Source: Minisyncoccota bacterium
GTDB lineage: Bacteria > Patescibacteriota > Minisyncoccia > Phycocordibacterales > Phycocordibacteraceae
Direction of reading: 5' to 3'
Assembly: GCA_018062445.1 (NCBI GenBank)
Contig: JAGOSG010000002.1
Coordinates: 60,674-124,673 of the forward strand
DNA: 64,000 nucleotides
Position numbers and translations under genes: made by a program. Positions 19,172 to 32,372 of this stretch are shown piece after piece (the stretch's first letter is position 1; each line of letters begins with the position of its first letter). Below the pieces are notes generated by a model. It made no database searches. It saw only the letters and a list, made by a program, of their open reading frames with translations, and was not told where the DNA came from.

Positions 19172-19909
19172 TCATTTAGTGCGTGCAACAATATCGGTAC
19201 GAACAACTTGACGTGGGAAAGGCTCCTGCCACGTAAAGACGGCATCGTGTGATCCTTTCGCTGGCAATGAATCAAACTTTGTTTGTGATGCTGTAATAAT
19301 AATATCGTCCGCATCATACAGAAGCGCCGTAAGTGTGGTCCCGTACACCGGCAGAGCCGTTTTGTTTTCAACGTGTGCAGTGAGCGTTAAAGTATCCTGA
19401 TTAAGTTCACGTGAAGTTATCTGAATAGGCTCTGTAGGTCTCTCCATTTTCACCCACACAGCGTTGCCAAAAGTGATAAAAGTACGTGCAGGTATACGTT
19501 CTCCCGTTAGAATATTTGCTTCAAAGAGTGGAACCACTTCTCCAGGGTACAGAAACATAACCCCACGGCGCTCTGCAATTAAAATATTTTTTGCATCAAA
19601 AACTTGAAATGTGTATGGAAGCGCCTCAGTGCCAGCAGAAGATTCAGGATTACGGACTAGTGCAACTGCATGATACACACCTGGGGCAACAGCAACTGAA
19701 CGTGCCCAAAGAGCGGACACCCGAGGAGCTTGGCACAAGGTTGCACACACTCCACCGCAATCAATCCCCTCTTCATTTTGATTCAGAATGTTATCAGAGC
19801 ACGTAGGAAGACGAAAGAAAAATAAAAACCACACACCAGCGAGAATCAAAATAATCCCTAGAAATATACTCCCCGCATATAAAGTTTGCCGTTTTTCTGC
19901 CCAACGCAT
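19172..19909 (-). CDS. hypothetical membrane-anchored protein
   Basis: 245 aa; one N-terminal TM helix, Cys cluster CSDN...CGGVCATLCQ; immediately upstream of the SEDS gene. Confidence 0.4.
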   Translation of the reverse strand: MRWAEKRQTLYAGSIFLGIILILAGVWFLFFFRLPTCSDNILNQNEEGIDCGGVCATLCQAPRVSALWARSVAVAPGVYHAVALVRNPESSAGTEALPYTFQVFDAKNILIAERRGVMFLYPGEVVPLFEANILTGERIPARTFITFGNAVWVKMERPTEPIQITSRELNQDTLTLTAHVENKTALPVYGTTLTALLYDADDIIITASQTKFDSLPAKGSHDAVFTWQEPFPRQVVRTDIVARTK

Positions 19910-20310
19910 GAGAACAGCTTAACAGATTTAATCTATCAGGCGATGCCTCATTGGTTCCGCTAGGAAAACACCCAGCTTTTTAATCACAAAACCTGCGCTA
20001 CGGCAGGTTTTGTGATTAAAAATTTAATTTCGAGTCTCTTGTTTTTGAAATTAGTGGTCTCCCCACTCTCCTACGTGGAGATCTAATGCTCTCAACAATT
20101 TATGAGCGAGATCTCTCATCTTATCGGGATGTTCTGGAGGACGTGCAGACTCTGATCCATGCAAAAGACCCCTTATCAATGCGCCGACAGACGCTTCACT
20201 ATGTGTTGGATTGCCACCACGGGGCGCATGAATGTCTTCAAAATCCATAAAAAAAATAAAATACACCCAAATCAATGGGCTGTTAATTTGTAACGCTGTA
20301 TCAAGTCCTC

Positions 20311-20423
20311 TGTTCTGGCGATTAGCTACTCTCCCCTTTCGAGTACCATCGCTACAACCATGCTTAACTGCCGAGTTCGGAATGGGATCGGGTGTGACCA
20401 CGGCGTCAAATCACCAGAACACA
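20311..20423 (-). rRNA. rrf: 5S rRNA
   Basis: Revcomp: TGTGTTCTGGTGATTTGACGCCGTGGTCACACCCGATCCCATTCCGAACTCGGCAGTTAAGC...GATGGTACTCGAAAGGGGAGAGTAGCTAATCGCCAGAACA. Matches the 5S helix I / loop C consensus. ORF 20051-20401 is spurious. Confidence 0.75.
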
Positions 20424-20437
20424 AGATTCGATACACT

Positions 20438-20469
20438 TCACTCATCACAAAGAAAACACCGAGCACAAT
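20438..20469 (-). promoter_or_regulatory. 3' half of the 23S processing stem (pairs with 23975-24006)
   Basis: Minus-strand attgtgctcggtgttttctttgtgatgagtg downstream of 23S is the reverse complement of the sequence 60 nt upstream of the 23S 5' end (attatgctcggtgttctctttgtgatgagttg on plus at 23975-24006). Classic RNase III stem flanking 23S. Confidence 0.5.
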
Positions 20470-20489
20470 ATTTCGTTAATAGATTTTCA

Positions 20490-23920
<3,431 letters not shown>

Positions 23921-23974
23921 GAGGAAGCTTGAAAACCACATAACGATTCTGTTCAATTACGAACAGTGATTTTT

Positions 23975-24006
23975 ATTATGCTCGGTGTTCTCTTTGTGAT
24001 GAGTTG
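23975..24006 (-). promoter_or_regulatory. 5' half of the 23S processing stem
   Basis: See 20438-20469; about 32-nt complementarity flanking the 23S. Confidence 0.5.
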
Positions 24007-24197
24007 TCAATGAACTGATGAATGAGGGAACAAAAAAGGCCGCTTTTCGCGACCTCTGGTACAGGAGCTTAAAAGCTACTGTCTAGCGTCGCATTTCGCC
24101 TCTAGTGTTAGTACTCATAAACCTATGTAAGAGAATACGCCCCGAGCGAGCTTATGTCAAGGAAACGCAGGCTCGTTTGGCAAAATGAGCTCCCTAA

Positions 24198-24235
24198 AAA
24201 GGGTTCAAATAAAAAACCCTTTATTTAAAGGGTTT
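24198..24235. terminator. hairpin plus T/A runs (bidirectional terminator-like) upstream of the rrl region
   Basis: aAAGGGTTcaaataaaaAACCCTTtatttaaagggtttt. Confidence 0.35.
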
Positions 24236-24386
24236 TACAGGAGAGCCTCTTTGAGTTGATTACCCTATCCACAGGATTTCCACTCCTAATTAGGTGCTAG
24301 GTTTTAGGGACTAGGTTCTAGCTTTGGGACAAAAATACCCTAAGGTTTCACCTTAGGGTATAGATATAAGTTATCGCTACAAAAAT

Positions 24387-24590
24387 CTAAGGTTGCGGAG
24401 ATTGAGAAATACTTAACAAAGCTCCAGCTTCTGCTTCTACGCGACGCTTCTCGTCAGGTGTAAGTGGTGAAAAAATTTCCATCACCCGCTCAACAAGCGG
24501 AGCTGTTTTTAAATCTCCGCTACCAGCCATTCGTATCTTTCGTATGAGTCCTGCGACTGGCTCTGAACGTGGATGCAATCCTTCTGCCAT
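24387..24590 (-). CDS. hypothetical small protein (67 aa); may be spurious
   Basis: ORF only; Arg/Pro/Ala-rich composition atypical for this window; lies in the rRNA upstream region. Confidence 0.2.
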   Translation of the reverse strand: MAEGLHPRSEPVAGLIRKIRMAGSGDLKTAPLVERVMEIFSPLTPDEKRRVEAEAGALLSISQSPQP

Positions 24591-24633
24591 ACAACAATGC
24601 TACTTTCCCATTACAAAAGAGTCAAGAAGAATA

Positions 24634-24665
24634 AAAAAACACCCGCTCTTTCGAGCGGGTGTTTT
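24634..24665 (-). terminator. intrinsic terminator of the 24716-25423 gene
   Basis: Minus strand reads aaaACACCCGCTCgaaaGAGCGGGTGTttttttt immediately after the stop. Confidence 0.6.
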
Positions 24666-24715
24666 AAGCTGAAAGCTAGAAGCTGTAAGCTAACAGCTTT
24701 CGCACTTTGTGCGAA

Positions 24716-25423
24716 CTAGTTCTTGTGTCCAACTTCTGAGCGAATTTTTTCGATGTAGCGAGCTGCTGCATCTTGACCACCGAGACCAAACGCAAGTCCG
24801 ACTGCGAGTGATACTGCAATCACAATTCCTGTGAAGAGTGTTTGCACAAAAGGAGTTGCAACTTGAAGTTGCGAGAGAACAGCGAGGATTGTGAAAACCC
24901 AAATTGCCCACTTCGCAACATGTCCTGCAAGACTAGCTGAGCGAACGCCCGCTGCCTTTGCTGAACCAGTAACAATGTCTTTCGCAAACTGTGCGAGCAT
25001 TGCACCAACAAGTACCATGAGTGCCGCAACAATTACTTGTGGCAAGTATGCAAGAACTACTGTCTGCAAGAAGACACTCACTTGTGTAAGTCCGAGAACT
25101 TCAAGTGCTGCCATCAAGAAGACGATAACGAAAAACCACTTCACTAAAGCACCGAGGAATGCTCCGGTGTTCAATGTAAAACCAGCGCGCTCGACGAGAT
25201 CGTTCAAGCCAGTCTTTTTAAGTGCTCCGTCAATTTTGAGCGTACCCAAAACTTGTGAAATGACGCTACCGAGTGCTGCGCCCACAACCCATCCAAAAGC
25301 GAGAATAATAATCGCAACGAGTACATTTGGAACGAAGCTAACGAGCGTAAGCCAGAGATTCTGGAACGAGTGCGTTAATACTTCTGCCCATGTTTGAATA
25401 ATCATAGAGGAAACGTTATACAA
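24716..25423 (-). CDS. membrane protein built of conserved TM-helix repeats (MscS-channel N-terminal-domain-like)
   Basis: 235 aa, about 6 TM helices. Repeated LG..V..LAQFAKDIVTG / LGTLKIDGALKKTG-type amphipathic linkers typical of Pfam TM_helix repeat proteins. Confidence 0.5.
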   Translation of the reverse strand: MYNVSSMIIQTWAEVLTHSFQNLWLTLVSFVPNVLVAIIILAFGWVVGAALGSVISQVLGTLKIDGALKKTGLNDLVERAGFTLNTGAFLGALVKWFFVIVFLMAALEVLGLTQVSVFLQTVVLAYLPQVIVAALMVLVGAMLAQFAKDIVTGSAKAAGVRSASLAGHVAKWAIWVFTILAVLSQLQVATPFVQTLFTGIVIAVSLAVGLAFGLGGQDAAARYIEKIRSEVGHKN

Positions 25424-25600
25424 TAAATAAAATTAATAATGAAGGACTTTATGTCCCTCCTACCGCTCGCTTCACCTTCGGTTCAGCATTAGCGGTTTCC
25501 GCTTTGCGGAACCGGAAGAAACATGAAGCAGTTCATGTTTCTTCCTACTTAAAATGGTAGCACATTGTAGAGGTGCTGGAGGGTGGATGTGGATAGCAGA

Positions 25601-25675
25601 ATAGCCACTAGCCAATAGGGGTTAAGCCACTAGGGAACATCTGAAACTCCCTAAACCCTAGTGGCTAAACCCTCG
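25601..25675. repeat. palindromic element GCCACTAGGG...CCCTAGTGGC (family D) just downstream of a gene stop
   Basis: agccactagccaataggggttaaGCCACTAGGGaacatctgaaactccctaaaCCCTAGTGGCtaaaccctcg; second copy at 33171-33246. Confidence 0.7.
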
Positions 25676-25676
25676 T

Positions 25677-26279
25677 TCAACGGCGGCCAATGATGGTACG
25701 GTGTTTGAATTCCAAGACATCGCGAAGCATTCGGTCGCGCGCTTCAAGACGCTCAGCGTATTCCCCTCTCTCTAGTACAGCATAGCGAAGCGGTAGTGCA
25801 GACATGCGCTCAACCGCACGCACCGATGTAGCGATTCGTGGATCGTTTGGTTTTTTAGTCACAATCAAAATATCAATAAGTCCTCTCTCTTCCCCAGCAA
25901 GTATGCCTGCAACAACAAGAAGCGTAATACCAGAGACACCCCTAAATGCTGATGCAATAGAAGAATCATCAGGAAGTGTTACTGACTCAAGAAATGCACG
26001 GAAAGGAGCGGTGAGCGGATGAGACGTGTTTAAACTCCAGAGCATATTTTTGCCCTGTGTCCGTGAAGTGAGGATGCCATAATTTTTAAGCGCCCGAAGT
26101 TCATGCACCGTAATAGCTTTAGGAATGCCAGTAGTGTTTGAGGCAACGAGAGTGGATATACGGACATCTGGTTGAAATAAGAAAAACTTCAAAAGCTTCA
26201 GACGCGGAATCGAGGAACAGAGTTGAATGATATCTTTGAACATGCAGAGTATTGTACCTGCACCTTTCTGAAAAACCAA
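25677..26279 (-). CDS. hypothetical protein: N-terminal winged-helix HTH plus C-terminal possible minimal nucleotidyltransferase-like domain
   Basis: LKLLKFFLFQPDVRISTLVASNTTGIPKAITVHELRALKNYGIL (wHTH-like); C-terminal ...GITLLVVAGILAGEERGLIDILIV... (degenerate NTase G-S...D.D pattern). Confidence 0.4.
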   Translation of the reverse strand: MVFQKGAGTILCMFKDIIQLCSSIPRLKLLKFFLFQPDVRISTLVASNTTGIPKAITVHELRALKNYGILTSRTQGKNMLWSLNTSHPLTAPFRAFLESVTLPDDSSIASAFRGVSGITLLVVAGILAGEERGLIDILIVTKKPNDPRIATSVRAVERMSALPLRYAVLERGEYAERLEARDRMLRDVLEFKHRTIIGRR

Positions 26280-26488
26280 AAATTGAAAAAATCACGAAAA
26301 ACAGCAAAAATCTCTGTATAGTATAATTTAACGGTCGTTAAATTATACTATACAATCAAAAAAACCGAGGTGAGTGAGTTATGGAGAGAGTTGCAAAAAG
26401 GAATGGAACGGTGCGTAAGAGAAATTAGTGTGCGCAATAAAAAACACCCCGAGCGAGGTGTTTTTTATTTGAGAGTGACGAACAAAAA

Positions 26489-26851
26489 TTATGCGAGCTC
26501 AACCTTTCCGCCTGCTTCCTCAATTTTCTTCTTGAGAGCTTCAGCGTCTTCTTTCTTGACCCCTTCCTTCAATACTGAAGGAGCGGCATCAATAAGATCT
26601 TTTGCTTCTTTAAGTCCGAGAGCAAGAGCTTCTTTAACTACTTTGATGACGGCAATCTTAGTTGCGCCTGCATCAGTAAGTTTAATGGTGAACATTGATT
26701 TTTCTTCTGCGGCTTCACCTGCTACTGCAGGACCTGCCGATGCAACTGCGGTTGCAGAAACACCCCACTTCTCTTCTATTGCCTTGACGAGTGTATTCAA
26801 TTCAAGGACTGTCATCTTCTCTACTGCTTCAATAACTTGTTCTTGTGTCAT
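26489..26851 (-). CDS. rplL: 50S ribosomal protein L7/L12
   Basis: 120 aa; N-terminal dimerisation helix, Ala/Glu-rich hinge, C-terminal ...[23 protein letters not shown]...EAGGKVEL. Confidence 0.9.
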   Translation of the reverse strand: MTQEQVIEAVEKMTVLELNTLVKAIEEKWGVSATAVASAGPAVAGEAAEEKSMFTIKLTDAGATKIAVIKVVKEALALGLKEAKDLIDAAPSVLKEGVKKEDAEALKKKIEEAGGKVELA

Positions 26852-26865
26852 AAATTAATTTATTA

Positions 26866-26946
26866 GGTTTCAGCTGCCAGCTGTCGGCTTTCAGCTTGAG
26901 CTTCTGAATTAAAAGCTAAAAGCTGGCACCTGAAAGCTGGAAGCTT
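26866..26946 (-). repeat. intergenic repeat family A copy filling the rplJ-rplL spacer
   Basis: Minus strand: aagcttCCAGCTTTCAGGTGCCAGCTTTTAGCTTTTAATT...GCTGAAAGCCGACAGCTGGCAGCTgaaacc. Confidence 0.8.
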
Positions 26947-26948
26947 TA

Positions 26949-27479
26949 CTAGACTTTGGTTTTCCCTACCTCAGCAAGTGCTATCGCAAAACGCTGAATA
27001 GGAGAATTAATAACATTGACGAACATTCCGCGAAGTACTGCAACTGGAGGAATGGTAGCCACAGCAACAATTTCTGTTCCTGAGAGATACTTCCCTTCTA
27101 GTGCACCCCCCAGGAATACAAGCTTGCCCTTCAATTTCTTGACGAACGCTTGCAAACTTCTCGCTGGCGCTGTGATGTCGGATTCCACACCCTCTACTTC
27201 AGAGAGATAGGCAAAGGCGACTTCACCAGTTAATTCTGGCATCTCACCAGAAAAACCTTTCGCATCGAGTGCCTTCTTCAAGAGCGTCTTCTTAACGACG
27301 GTGTACTTCACACCCTCGCTTTTGAGTGCATCTCGAAGTTCGTTTACTTCATGAACTGTCACTCCTCTAAAAGAAACAAAGACAATAGACACTGCTTTCA
27401 GAAGTGCATCAGTTGTTCCCTTTAAGAGTGACTCTTTTTTTGCTCGAGTAATGGCCACGTTAGTTTTTGTTACGAACAA
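26949..27479 (-). CDS. rplJ: 50S ribosomal protein L10
   Basis: 176 aa; ...VSFRGVTVHEVNELRDALKSEGVKYTVVKKTLLKKAL... L10 family; directly upstream of rplL. Confidence 0.9.
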   Translation of the reverse strand: MFVTKTNVAITRAKKESLLKGTTDALLKAVSIVFVSFRGVTVHEVNELRDALKSEGVKYTVVKKTLLKKALDAKGFSGEMPELTGEVAFAYLSEVEGVESDITAPARSLQAFVKKLKGKLVFLGGALEGKYLSGTEIVAVATIPPVAVLRGMFVNVINSPIQRFAIALAEVGKTKV

Positions 27480-27886
27480 AGTGAGTTAGAAAATCTTACG
27501 CCCTGTTAAATCCCCGGAACGGGGACGCTTCGGAACGAAGCGTATTTAATAGGGTTAACAAAATCTAATCACTTCACTCAAGATTTTCTAAACACACGTT
27601 CTTACTAGGAGTTTCGAGGCGGATCGACCGCACCCTCGACTTCGGTAGGTGGCTAGTAGCCATTGACCCTTTCGGGACCCACTGTCTCCAGTCGTGCTAC
27701 GAGGTACAGTATCACGAACCTGCCAATATACGCAAACTCAGGCTCTCCAGATACCCAGACTTAGGCAGATTTCGCTGCAACTCCAAATACAGTCAAAAAT
27801 AGGAAGCTAATAAGAATGATGACTGAAAAAGCGAGGAGAAACCGAAAAAATCCCGGTGTAAAAAACTTTTTCATGTAATTTTTACT
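27480..27886 (-). promoter_or_regulatory. structured 5' leader of rplJ-rplL (L10-leader-like autoregulatory region); promoter somewhere within
   Basis: 400-nt untranslated leader with nested hairpins at 27501-27556: ccctgttaaat-CCCCGgaaCGGGG-a-CGCTTCGgaaCGAAGCG-tatttaataggg. rplK/rplA are not upstream, so this is an independent transcription unit. Confidence 0.4.
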
Positions 27887-28669
27887 TTATTGTGGAAGTC
27901 GTGCGATCTCTGCTCCGATCGACTCTACATGCGCAACATCATTTTGCTCTCGAGCTATTGTGAGTGCCTTCGTAAATGCATCACGAGCTTTTACGGTGTC
28001 TCCAGTATCACGGTAGTACCCACCAAGCATTACTAACGGGTCAGGGTTTGCAGGAAATTTCTTTGATGCTGATACTAGAATATCTACAGCTGAGGTTGTG
28101 TTTTGCTTGTAGAGATAGCGATAGAGTTCGTGAAGTTCGAAGTACGGTGTTATTGAGTTTGGATTTGCTTGAATGGATTGCTTAAAATAACTCTCCGACT
28201 TTGGGAAATCTTTCAAATCAAACTTATAGAGTTTGCCGAGATTGTCGTACGCTGTAGAAACTCCTGGAGCTGGAACTACCTTCAAGAGAAACTCCCATAC
28301 ACCAATTGCTCCTTCGTAGTCGTTTGCACTATGGTACAGAACGCCAAGCGTAAACCAATCATCCGCACGATTTAGATCTTTCTTTAAGCGAGCCAGTACC
28401 ACATCAGCATTCTTTTGAATTGCAGTCCGAGCTACCTCTGGCACCGATGCACCAAAGTGAATCCCCCGCTCAAGACTTGGTGCCAAGTCTTTTATTTGTA
28501 CCTCCGGCTCAAGTTCGATGGTGTAATTGGGAGTAGTAGTTGCCCCATCGAAATTTATAGCAACACTTGCTTCTGGATTTTTTTGTCTAGAGGCAAAATA
28601 AGCAATACCAACAAGAACACCAATGACAACAAGAACGCCTGTAACAAATAATACTGTTTTTGATTTCAT
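27887..28669 (-). CDS. membrane-anchored TPR-repeat protein
   Basis: 260 aa; N-terminal TM helix; repeated W/Y-LG-Y-A-G-A-P helical motifs (ADDWFTLGVLYHSANDYEGAIGVWEFLLK..., AYDNLGKLY...). Confidence 0.55.
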   Translation of the reverse strand: MKSKTVLFVTGVLVVIGVLVGIAYFASRQKNPEASVAINFDGATTTPNYTIELEPEVQIKDLAPSLERGIHFGASVPEVARTAIQKNADVVLARLKKDLNRADDWFTLGVLYHSANDYEGAIGVWEFLLKVVPAPGVSTAYDNLGKLYKFDLKDFPKSESYFKQSIQANPNSITPYFELHELYRYLYKQNTTSAVDILVSASKKFPANPDPLVMLGGYYRDTGDTVKARDAFTKALTIAREQNDVAHVESIGAEIARLPQ

Positions 28670-28754
28670 ACATTCATTCTAAACCAACGAATCTACTAAT
28701 ACAAAGAACACGGAAGTTTAGACTTTGCACCTCTTACAAATAGAAACCGCCAAT

Positions 28755-28845
28755 CATGTGGGACCTCCGAGGTCCCACATGATCTATCTTACTTCTACCC
28801 TTGGTGGGGTACGCAAAAACCCACCCCGTGAGGGGTGGGTTTTTG
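28755..28845 (-). terminator. two tandem perfect hairpins downstream of the 1164-aa surface-protein gene (terminators)
   Basis: CATGTGGGACCtccgaGGTCCCACATG (28755-28781) and aaaaACCCACCCCgtgaGGGGTGGGTttttg (28816-28845; on minus followed by a T-run). Confidence 0.6.
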
Positions 28846-28877
28846 TTGCTAACCAAATGTGTTAGCTAGAGCAAGGC

Positions 28878-31800
28878 TTAGTGCGAGCGAGTCGCAAACA
28901 AGCCACCTGCTGGAAGACCTGAGACACCGTAACCGTTTGTCCAGTCCTGATCTGCACGAACCGCTGTGGTTGTGGAGTTAGGAGACCAAACAAAAGTGTT
29001 AGTAGCTGAGTCAACACCAGTAGAACTTGTCATAAGCAATGGGTTTGCACCAACTGCAGCTGCTGTTGATGGGAACGCTGAAGATCCGAGGAGCTTCGTT
29101 GTTACCGCAGCACCTGTAGCACTACCCGAGACTGAGCCACGGACCTCGAAGTATCGAGTGCCGCCTGCAGGAATCTGGATAGATGTTGCTGTACCACCTG
29201 AATTTGTTACTCCAACTACTACATTGCCCGTACCTGGGACAGTTGCATCGTCAGTTGCCTGAAGATCACCGCTCGTGCTGATACCCGAGATTGCCTGCGA
29301 GTATCCAGAATCGGTGAATCCGTAGATTGTGACGTTTGTAACTGAAGCGGTCGTTGTTGCGAGGTTAAGCGCAAACTGTGTGATGCCAAGAGGACCCTTT
29401 GCATCAGCAGTTACCTTGAATCGCATAAGGCGACCATCGGCAAGACCTGTAGTGCCGTTGACTGTTGAGTCAAGAGCGAATACTGGGAACGACTTCATGA
29501 TACGAACTCCTGATGAAGCTGATGAACCTGTTGGGGAGATAGTGATGCCTGAAGAAGCGCCAGTACCTTCCGAGTTCAAGTAATCAACTGCCAAAAGATG
29601 ACCAGAGAATGCAACTGCTTCACCAGTACCAACATTGTTGATGTCAGCCTTGATGGTAAGAGTTACATCTGTGTTCTTTGGAAGAGAAACAATCGATGTG
29701 AGTGTTGAAGTTGCTGAAGCGTTCGAACCTGAGAAGTATGCCTCGCCTACCTTTGTTGCACCATTCCAAATCGTTGCCTTTACGAGGTCAGACGATGAAG
29801 ATGAAGCTGTGTTGGTAAGAGTAAGACCGACTTTCGTCAAGTTGACTGCTTCGTTTGAAGCGCGGAACTTAAGGGCGCCGACAACTACATCAGTTGAGCC
29901 AGCTGAAACGAGCGTGAAGCCTGGGCTTGACGCATCGAGAGCAACTGTAGCAGAACCAGCAGCGACGGTCATCGTGACTGCAGAGTCAGATGTGTCAGTG
30001 CCTGTGATTGTTGTACCTGAAGTTGCACCTGTGAAGGTGTAGGCAGAAGCTGCACCAGCATCGAATGCGAATGTTCCGTTATTCGCTGCCGAACCAGAGA
30101 CATTACATTTGATACCGATAGTCTTAACTGTGCCCTTTGCAACTGTAACAGGGTTATCAAGTGTGAATGTCTGAGTTGCACCTGATGTACCTGAAGGATT
30201 TACAACATTCGAACCTGTCGAAAGTTGAGTTGTGCCATCGTACGCTGCGCAGGCAGTGAGGTCAGTGACCGCACCAGTTGCGAAGGTAAGAACGGTAGGA
30301 ATTGAAGAGAATCGTACATCTTCACCTGATTGCGTTGCATCGTATTGGAAGTTCACAAACAAAGTTTGTGAGCCACCAGCGGTGATGTTCTGCGAAGCAG
30401 GAGATGTAGCACGACCAACTGCAACTGCACCTGCCTTCACGGTCATGGTGTTCATAGTGAACGTACCATTTGACGAAAGTGAGATTGTGTTGCCAGTTGT
30501 TTCACCCTTTACGTTGGTCCATCCAGACGAAGGAACTGTGGTGACAATGTATGTACCACCGTTTCCGATGTTTGAAGCAACCTTACCGCGGAGTGTGTAG
30601 ACACCTCTTCCAACCTTGTAGGTGATTGAATCAGTGAAGGTAGCTGTTTGAGTCGTTGCTGAAGCGTAAACGCCATCAACAGGACCTGCAACTACTGCAC
30701 CGTTCTGATCAACAATCGTAAGATTGGTAAGGAGACCAGTACCTGAACCAGTTGTTGAAGCGATAGTGAAGACAGTTGACTGAACAGTCATTGCCTCACC
30801 CTTCAAGTCAACTACGTAACCGCCGAGAGGCTGATTAGGAAGATTGATTGCGATGTTCTGCGCAGGAACTTCGTTTGCCTTGCCGATCGATGTAATCGAT
30901 GCGCCAGAGACAGTTACCTGAGTAGAGTATACGAACGGAGTTCCGCTCGTAATAGTGATCGTACCGCGAGACGTTGGAACAGAAGATGCACCTACTGCTG
31001 GCGAAACGCCGTAGCCGTAAGTCTCACCTGTTGCGTAGATATCTGTAGTCTTGTCAACATCGAAGACAACAGTGCGGTTAGCCGCACCTGCACCAACAAT
31101 GTCGTACTGGACATAGAGATCAACCTGGTTTCCCTTTGGAATAACTACACCTGAACCAAGGTTCGTGTCGTAGTATTTTCCGTCTGCAGAAACAGTAGCT
31201 GGATATGCTGTTCCGTTTACGACTGTCATTACGTTTGCAATGTCAGTAGATGATACGGAGCCAGTTTGATTCCAACGAACGCTCTTGAGACGAAGATCCT
31301 CAGCAGATCCTGCTGTAAGGCGAAGACCTGTTGACTTGTAGGCTGTTGTACCAATTTCCTTCGTTTGGTTCGAGTTTGAAGCGAACGCATTTGAAGTATT
31401 CAAGGTAATTGAACCTACAGTCAAAGTATTGTTGTTTGTGTTATGAGCACCGACGATTGGAAGTGAACCAGAAACGGTTGCTGAAGTGTTAACCGCAACA
31501 AGCGCGATACCTGGAGCTTCACCAACGTACGAAGTGAGTGACGAATTCATGTTTCCTGCAAGCAAGAATGTCTTCGTTGTTCCCTTTGCAACAGTGAAGG
31601 TACCACCGACAACTGTCTGGTGATTTGAGTTCAATGTCTTTGCGATACCAAGCTGCAACCCAGTTGACTCATCGATGAGGACGATACCAGCAAAAGCTGC
31701 ATCCTGACCGAGTCCGTCTTTCTGGACCGTAACACCGTTCACAACTACATCGCCGTCAGCGCCTGCAGTGAGTGTGAAGCGAGTAAACGGAACGCGCGAT

Positions 31801-32372
31801 GCACCTTGTGGTGAAAGCGAGTTTGCTGGTTGTGTACCTGCTGCGACAGCAAGGCCAGTACCTGTTGGTGTTGTCACTACTGGAGTGGAACCACCTGAAG
31901 TCTTGCCGAATGCTGCGCGAGAGATTGCACCGAAGTAGCCAGCTGCAGGAGAAACTCCCGCTGCCTTCTGCCATGCGATAACTGCAGTCACAGTCTGGGA
32001 ACCGAAGTAGCCAGTTGCGCCTGCTGGAACCGAGTAGCCAGCTGCAATGAGTGCCTTCTGAAGACAAGTTACATCGTCACCTTTCGAGCCAACCGTGAGG
32101 TTTCTCGTGAAGGTACAACCGCCTGTCATTGAGCCGCCAGTCGAGCCTCCTGTTGGAGCTGTCCCATTGAGAGACGCACTAACGTTCGCAATAGTCGAAG
32201 CGTCAGCACCGAATGACTGCAAGAGAGAAACGATAGCTGAGATTTGTGAACTTGTGAGCGTTGCGGCTTCTGCCTTAGACGCTGTGAAAGTGAATGCAAA
32301 TCCAGCTACCAACGAAACTGCAACGACGATCGCCGCAACTTTCGTGAGAGAACTGTTTACAATTGAAGTCAT
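28878..32372 (-). CDS. large (1164 aa) secreted/surface protein: signal peptide, peptidoglycan-binding (PG_binding_1-like) domain, roughly 1000-aa Thr/Ser/Gly/Ala/Val-rich beta-rich low-complexity region
   Basis: N-terminal hydrophobic signal; GSKGDDVTCLQKALIAAGYSV...TGYFGSQTVTAVIAWQKAAGV (PG-binding motif LQxxL...VxxFQ); remainder nearly devoid of Lys/Glu, unlike other proteins here. Confidence 0.6.
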   Translation of the reverse strand: MTSIVNSSLTKVAAIVVAVSLVAGFAFTFTASKAEAATLTSSQISAIVSLLQSFGADASTIANVSASLNGTAPTGGSTGGSMTGGCTFTRNLTVGSKGDDVTCLQKALIAAGYSVPAGATGYFGSQTVTAVIAWQKAAGVSPAAGYFGAISRAAFGKTSGGSTPVVTTPTGTGLAVAAGTQPANSLSPQGASRVPFTRFTLTAGADGDVVVNGVTVQKDGLGQDAAFAGIVLIDESTGLQLGIAKTLNSNHQTVVGGTFTVAKGTTKTFLLAGNMNSSLTSYVGEAPGIALVAVNTSATVSGSLPIVGAHNTNNNTLTVGSITLNTSNAFASNSNQTKEIGTTAYKSTGLRLTAGSAEDLRLKSVRWNQTGSVSSTDIANVMTVVNGTAYPATVSADGKYYDTNLGSGVVIPKGNQVDLYVQYDIVGAGAANRTVVFDVDKTTDIYATGETYGYGVSPAVGASSVPTSRGTITITSGTPFVYSTQVTVSGASITSIGKANEVPAQNIAINLPNQPLGGYVVDLKGEAMTVQSTVFTIASTTGSGTGLLTNLTIVDQNGAVVAGPVDGVYASATTQTATFTDSITYKVGRGVYTLRGKVASNIGNGGTYIVTTVPSSGWTNVKGETTGNTISLSSNGTFTMNTMTVKAGAVAVGRATSPASQNITAGGSQTLFVNFQYDATQSGEDVRFSSIPTVLTFATGAVTDLTACAAYDGTTQLSTGSNVVNPSGTSGATQTFTLDNPVTVAKGTVKTIGIKCNVSGSAANNGTFAFDAGAASAYTFTGATSGTTITGTDTSDSAVTMTVAAGSATVALDASSPGFTLVSAGSTDVVVGALKFRASNEAVNLTKVGLTLTNTASSSSSDLVKATIWNGATKVGEAYFSGSNASATSTLTSIVSLPKNTDVTLTIKADINNVGTGEAVAFSGHLLAVDYLNSEGTGASSGITISPTGSSASSGVRIMKSFPVFALDSTVNGTTGLADGRLMRFKVTADAKGPLGITQFALNLATTTASVTNVTIYGFTDSGYSQAISGISTSGDLQATDDATVPGTGNVVVGVTNSGGTATSIQIPAGGTRYFEVRGSVSGSATGAAVTTKLLGSSAFPSTAAAVGANPLLMTSSTGVDSATNTFVWSPNSTTTAVRADQDWTNGYGVSGLPAGGLFATRSH

